Source of the DNA: Phoronis australis
Lineage: Eukaryota; Animalia; Phoronida
Direction of reading: 5' to 3'
DNA: 64,000 nt
Assembly (NCBI GenBank): GCA_002633005.1
Contig: NMRA01000566.1
Location: 1 to 64,000 of the forward strand
Shown here: positions 62,160 through 64,000 of the stretch, one piece after another
Position numbering within the stretch: the stretch's first letter is position 1
Layout of the letters: every line of letters starts with the position of its first letter
Program-made: the position numbers and the translations under genes
Notes under the pieces: model-generated
Database searches by the model: none
What the model saw: the letters and a program-made list of their open reading frames with translations, nothing else
What the model was told of the DNA's origin: nothing

Positions 62160-62525
62160 AATTTGTTCTTTCTAATAACTGGAAAAGGAAATCGTTTTCC
62201 CACGAAGTTCCATTAAAAAGAGTTTCTAGAAACTGTTGATCTGCAATACAGAATTGTAGATCAGAATCTGGAATCTGATCAATGTCGGCTGAATTATCAA
62301 CCACGTATTGTTTTTTAATAGTTTTAATAATACTTTTTACAAAACTTACATATTCCATTTTTAGCAGGGAGTTTTTGAATTTGAAGGAAATAATTTTATT
62401 TTGCAGAAATAGGTTTTAACGTCAGAGTTTCATTTCCTGGCTCACTTCTGACGTCCTCTTTCAACTTCAATAATCGCTCAGAAGTTAGGAAAAAATCTAA
62501 TCTATTCCTTCTCTCCATGTATATC
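62160..62525 (-). mobile_element. L1/Tx1-like non-LTR retrotransposon fragment (end of APE domain and linker)
   Basis: Minus strand RLDFFLTS...FKFKNSLLK.EYVSFVKSII..IKKQY...LQF.IADQQFLETL.MELRGKTISFSS, with frameshifts. Confidence 0.75.
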
Positions 62526-64000
62526 CGCTTTTGTCATGATTAAACTGAAGGCAAGCGTCTGATTAGAAGTAGTCGTGCACCGCTAAAAACTTTTCTCGAT
62601 ATTTTGGATTATTTAAACGACAATAGTTATATGTGTCCAAAAACTGATTCAGATCTAAATTATTACCTCCTGTCCGTGTAATACACATATTTTCCAAATA
62701 ACCGAGAAATTCTGAAACCTTCTCAAAAAATCTGGAGAGTCTCGGTTTGGACAATACGTGTTAAGAGTAGTTACATTTTTCTCATTGACACGCTGATAAT
62801 CGTCATATTACCAGTCTCATAAGAAACATTTTTATGGATTTTAAATACAAAGTTTATTTAGCAAAGGTGCCAGCCCCCCGGGAAGTAAATTCATATGAGC
62901 TGAAAAACCATTCATATCCCCAGGTTCCTCTTATGAAATTTCCAGCGTTTTAAACAAAATAGAATGTTCCTTTTCTTTGAGAAAATTGAAAATATCTTTT
63001 CAAGTTGGTCCAAACTGACAAATAATTCACCTGTCACTTAATTTAGAGTGTTATTGTAAATTAAAAAGGAAATGAACCAGGTTAATATGTGTAAAAGGCC
63101 AATTAAACAAACAAACAGGGGAATAGTTTCAATGATTCCTAAAGATTGCTACCGGATAAAAACAAAAATTTTAGAATATGAATCCCTCAGAGTTGCTATA
63201 ACTGGAACTTTGATGTCGCTTTGCGCAACTATCTTCTTCAGCAAACGGTCAGAGTCCAATGTCGTTGATAAAATAACTACACAAACGTTGCGAAATTTGC
63301 AGATAAGGGTTTTCTGATCAATAAAAAGTGGGCAAAAATCTATCACGTAGCTCTGAAATGCCCTGTGGAAAGCTCTTTACATGGGTTTCGGTATAAGATA
63401 TTCATGGATATTGATCAACAAGCTCATGTCTCCACAAACTAAAACTTAGTGATACTGATTCATGCAAGATACATTGTAACCGTTTATGCTTAATTTGTCA
63501 TTAAAGAAAGTGGCCTTTGGAAAATAAGATTATTCATAATGAACAGACATTTTAACTCGGAGCACTTGTTGCACAGTTGTCAATATTGGTGAATGAGAAA
63601 CGGGAGAACTGGATTGAGAAGTGGGACATTCGGATAAAATGCGTGATACCTGGGTCTATGTCCAAACATAAGTTCAAAATGTTAACCATAACCACTCCAA
63701 AACGTCCTGACAGTAATTTTGTCAAACGGGAGTTTACGGGTGCCGTACATGTAACAGCAAAAAATCGCCCGACGGCGTTTCTTTGGTTTTTAATCGAACG
63801 GGAAATTATGGGTGCCTCACAAACTCGAAACGCCCCGTTTTTCATACTATAAATAACAGCACTGTTCACAAATCATAGTTACTACGTACCAAGGTACACA
63901 TATTCAATTCAAAATTGCTGATGTCTCAGTCCATGTACTGCCTCAATGAACAGGTGTCATTTATATTACGTTTGGCATCGAAAAAGGCCACAAGGAATTA

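Overview
AT-rich, intron-containing animal genomic DNA, probably from a marine invertebrate. It is not prokaryotic, and most ORF-track entries are spurious. Three spliced genes were reconstructed by hand from GT-AG boundaries with consistent phases. (1) A compact BIVM-family gene (+, about 3301/11225-27312) with what looks like an intact papain-type Cys-His-Asp triad. (2) An 11-exon fungal/Dictyostelium-type (GH13_1) alpha-amylase (+, 29026-42929, 563 aa) that ends in a Ser/Thr/Pro stalk, a transmembrane helix and a YxxPhi tail. (3) A short TMEM55/PIP4P-like gene (-, about 56400-60654) that appears to lack the CX5R region. The left edge holds the 3' end of a gene for a very cationic Cys-rich, cystine-knot-like peptide that the ORF track misses. 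The rest is decayed transposons and MITEs: THAP/Kolobok-like, YqaJ-carrying, Tc1/mariner, Harbinger-like, EnSpm-like, Helentron-like, L1/Tx1, and a Crypton-like element with a tRNA-like cassette. There is also a 1.48 kb duplication across an assembly N, and about 40 TACATGTA octamers; two paralogous comparisons show these arising by CATGTA insertion at a TA. Family assignments come from recalled motifs, not database searches.
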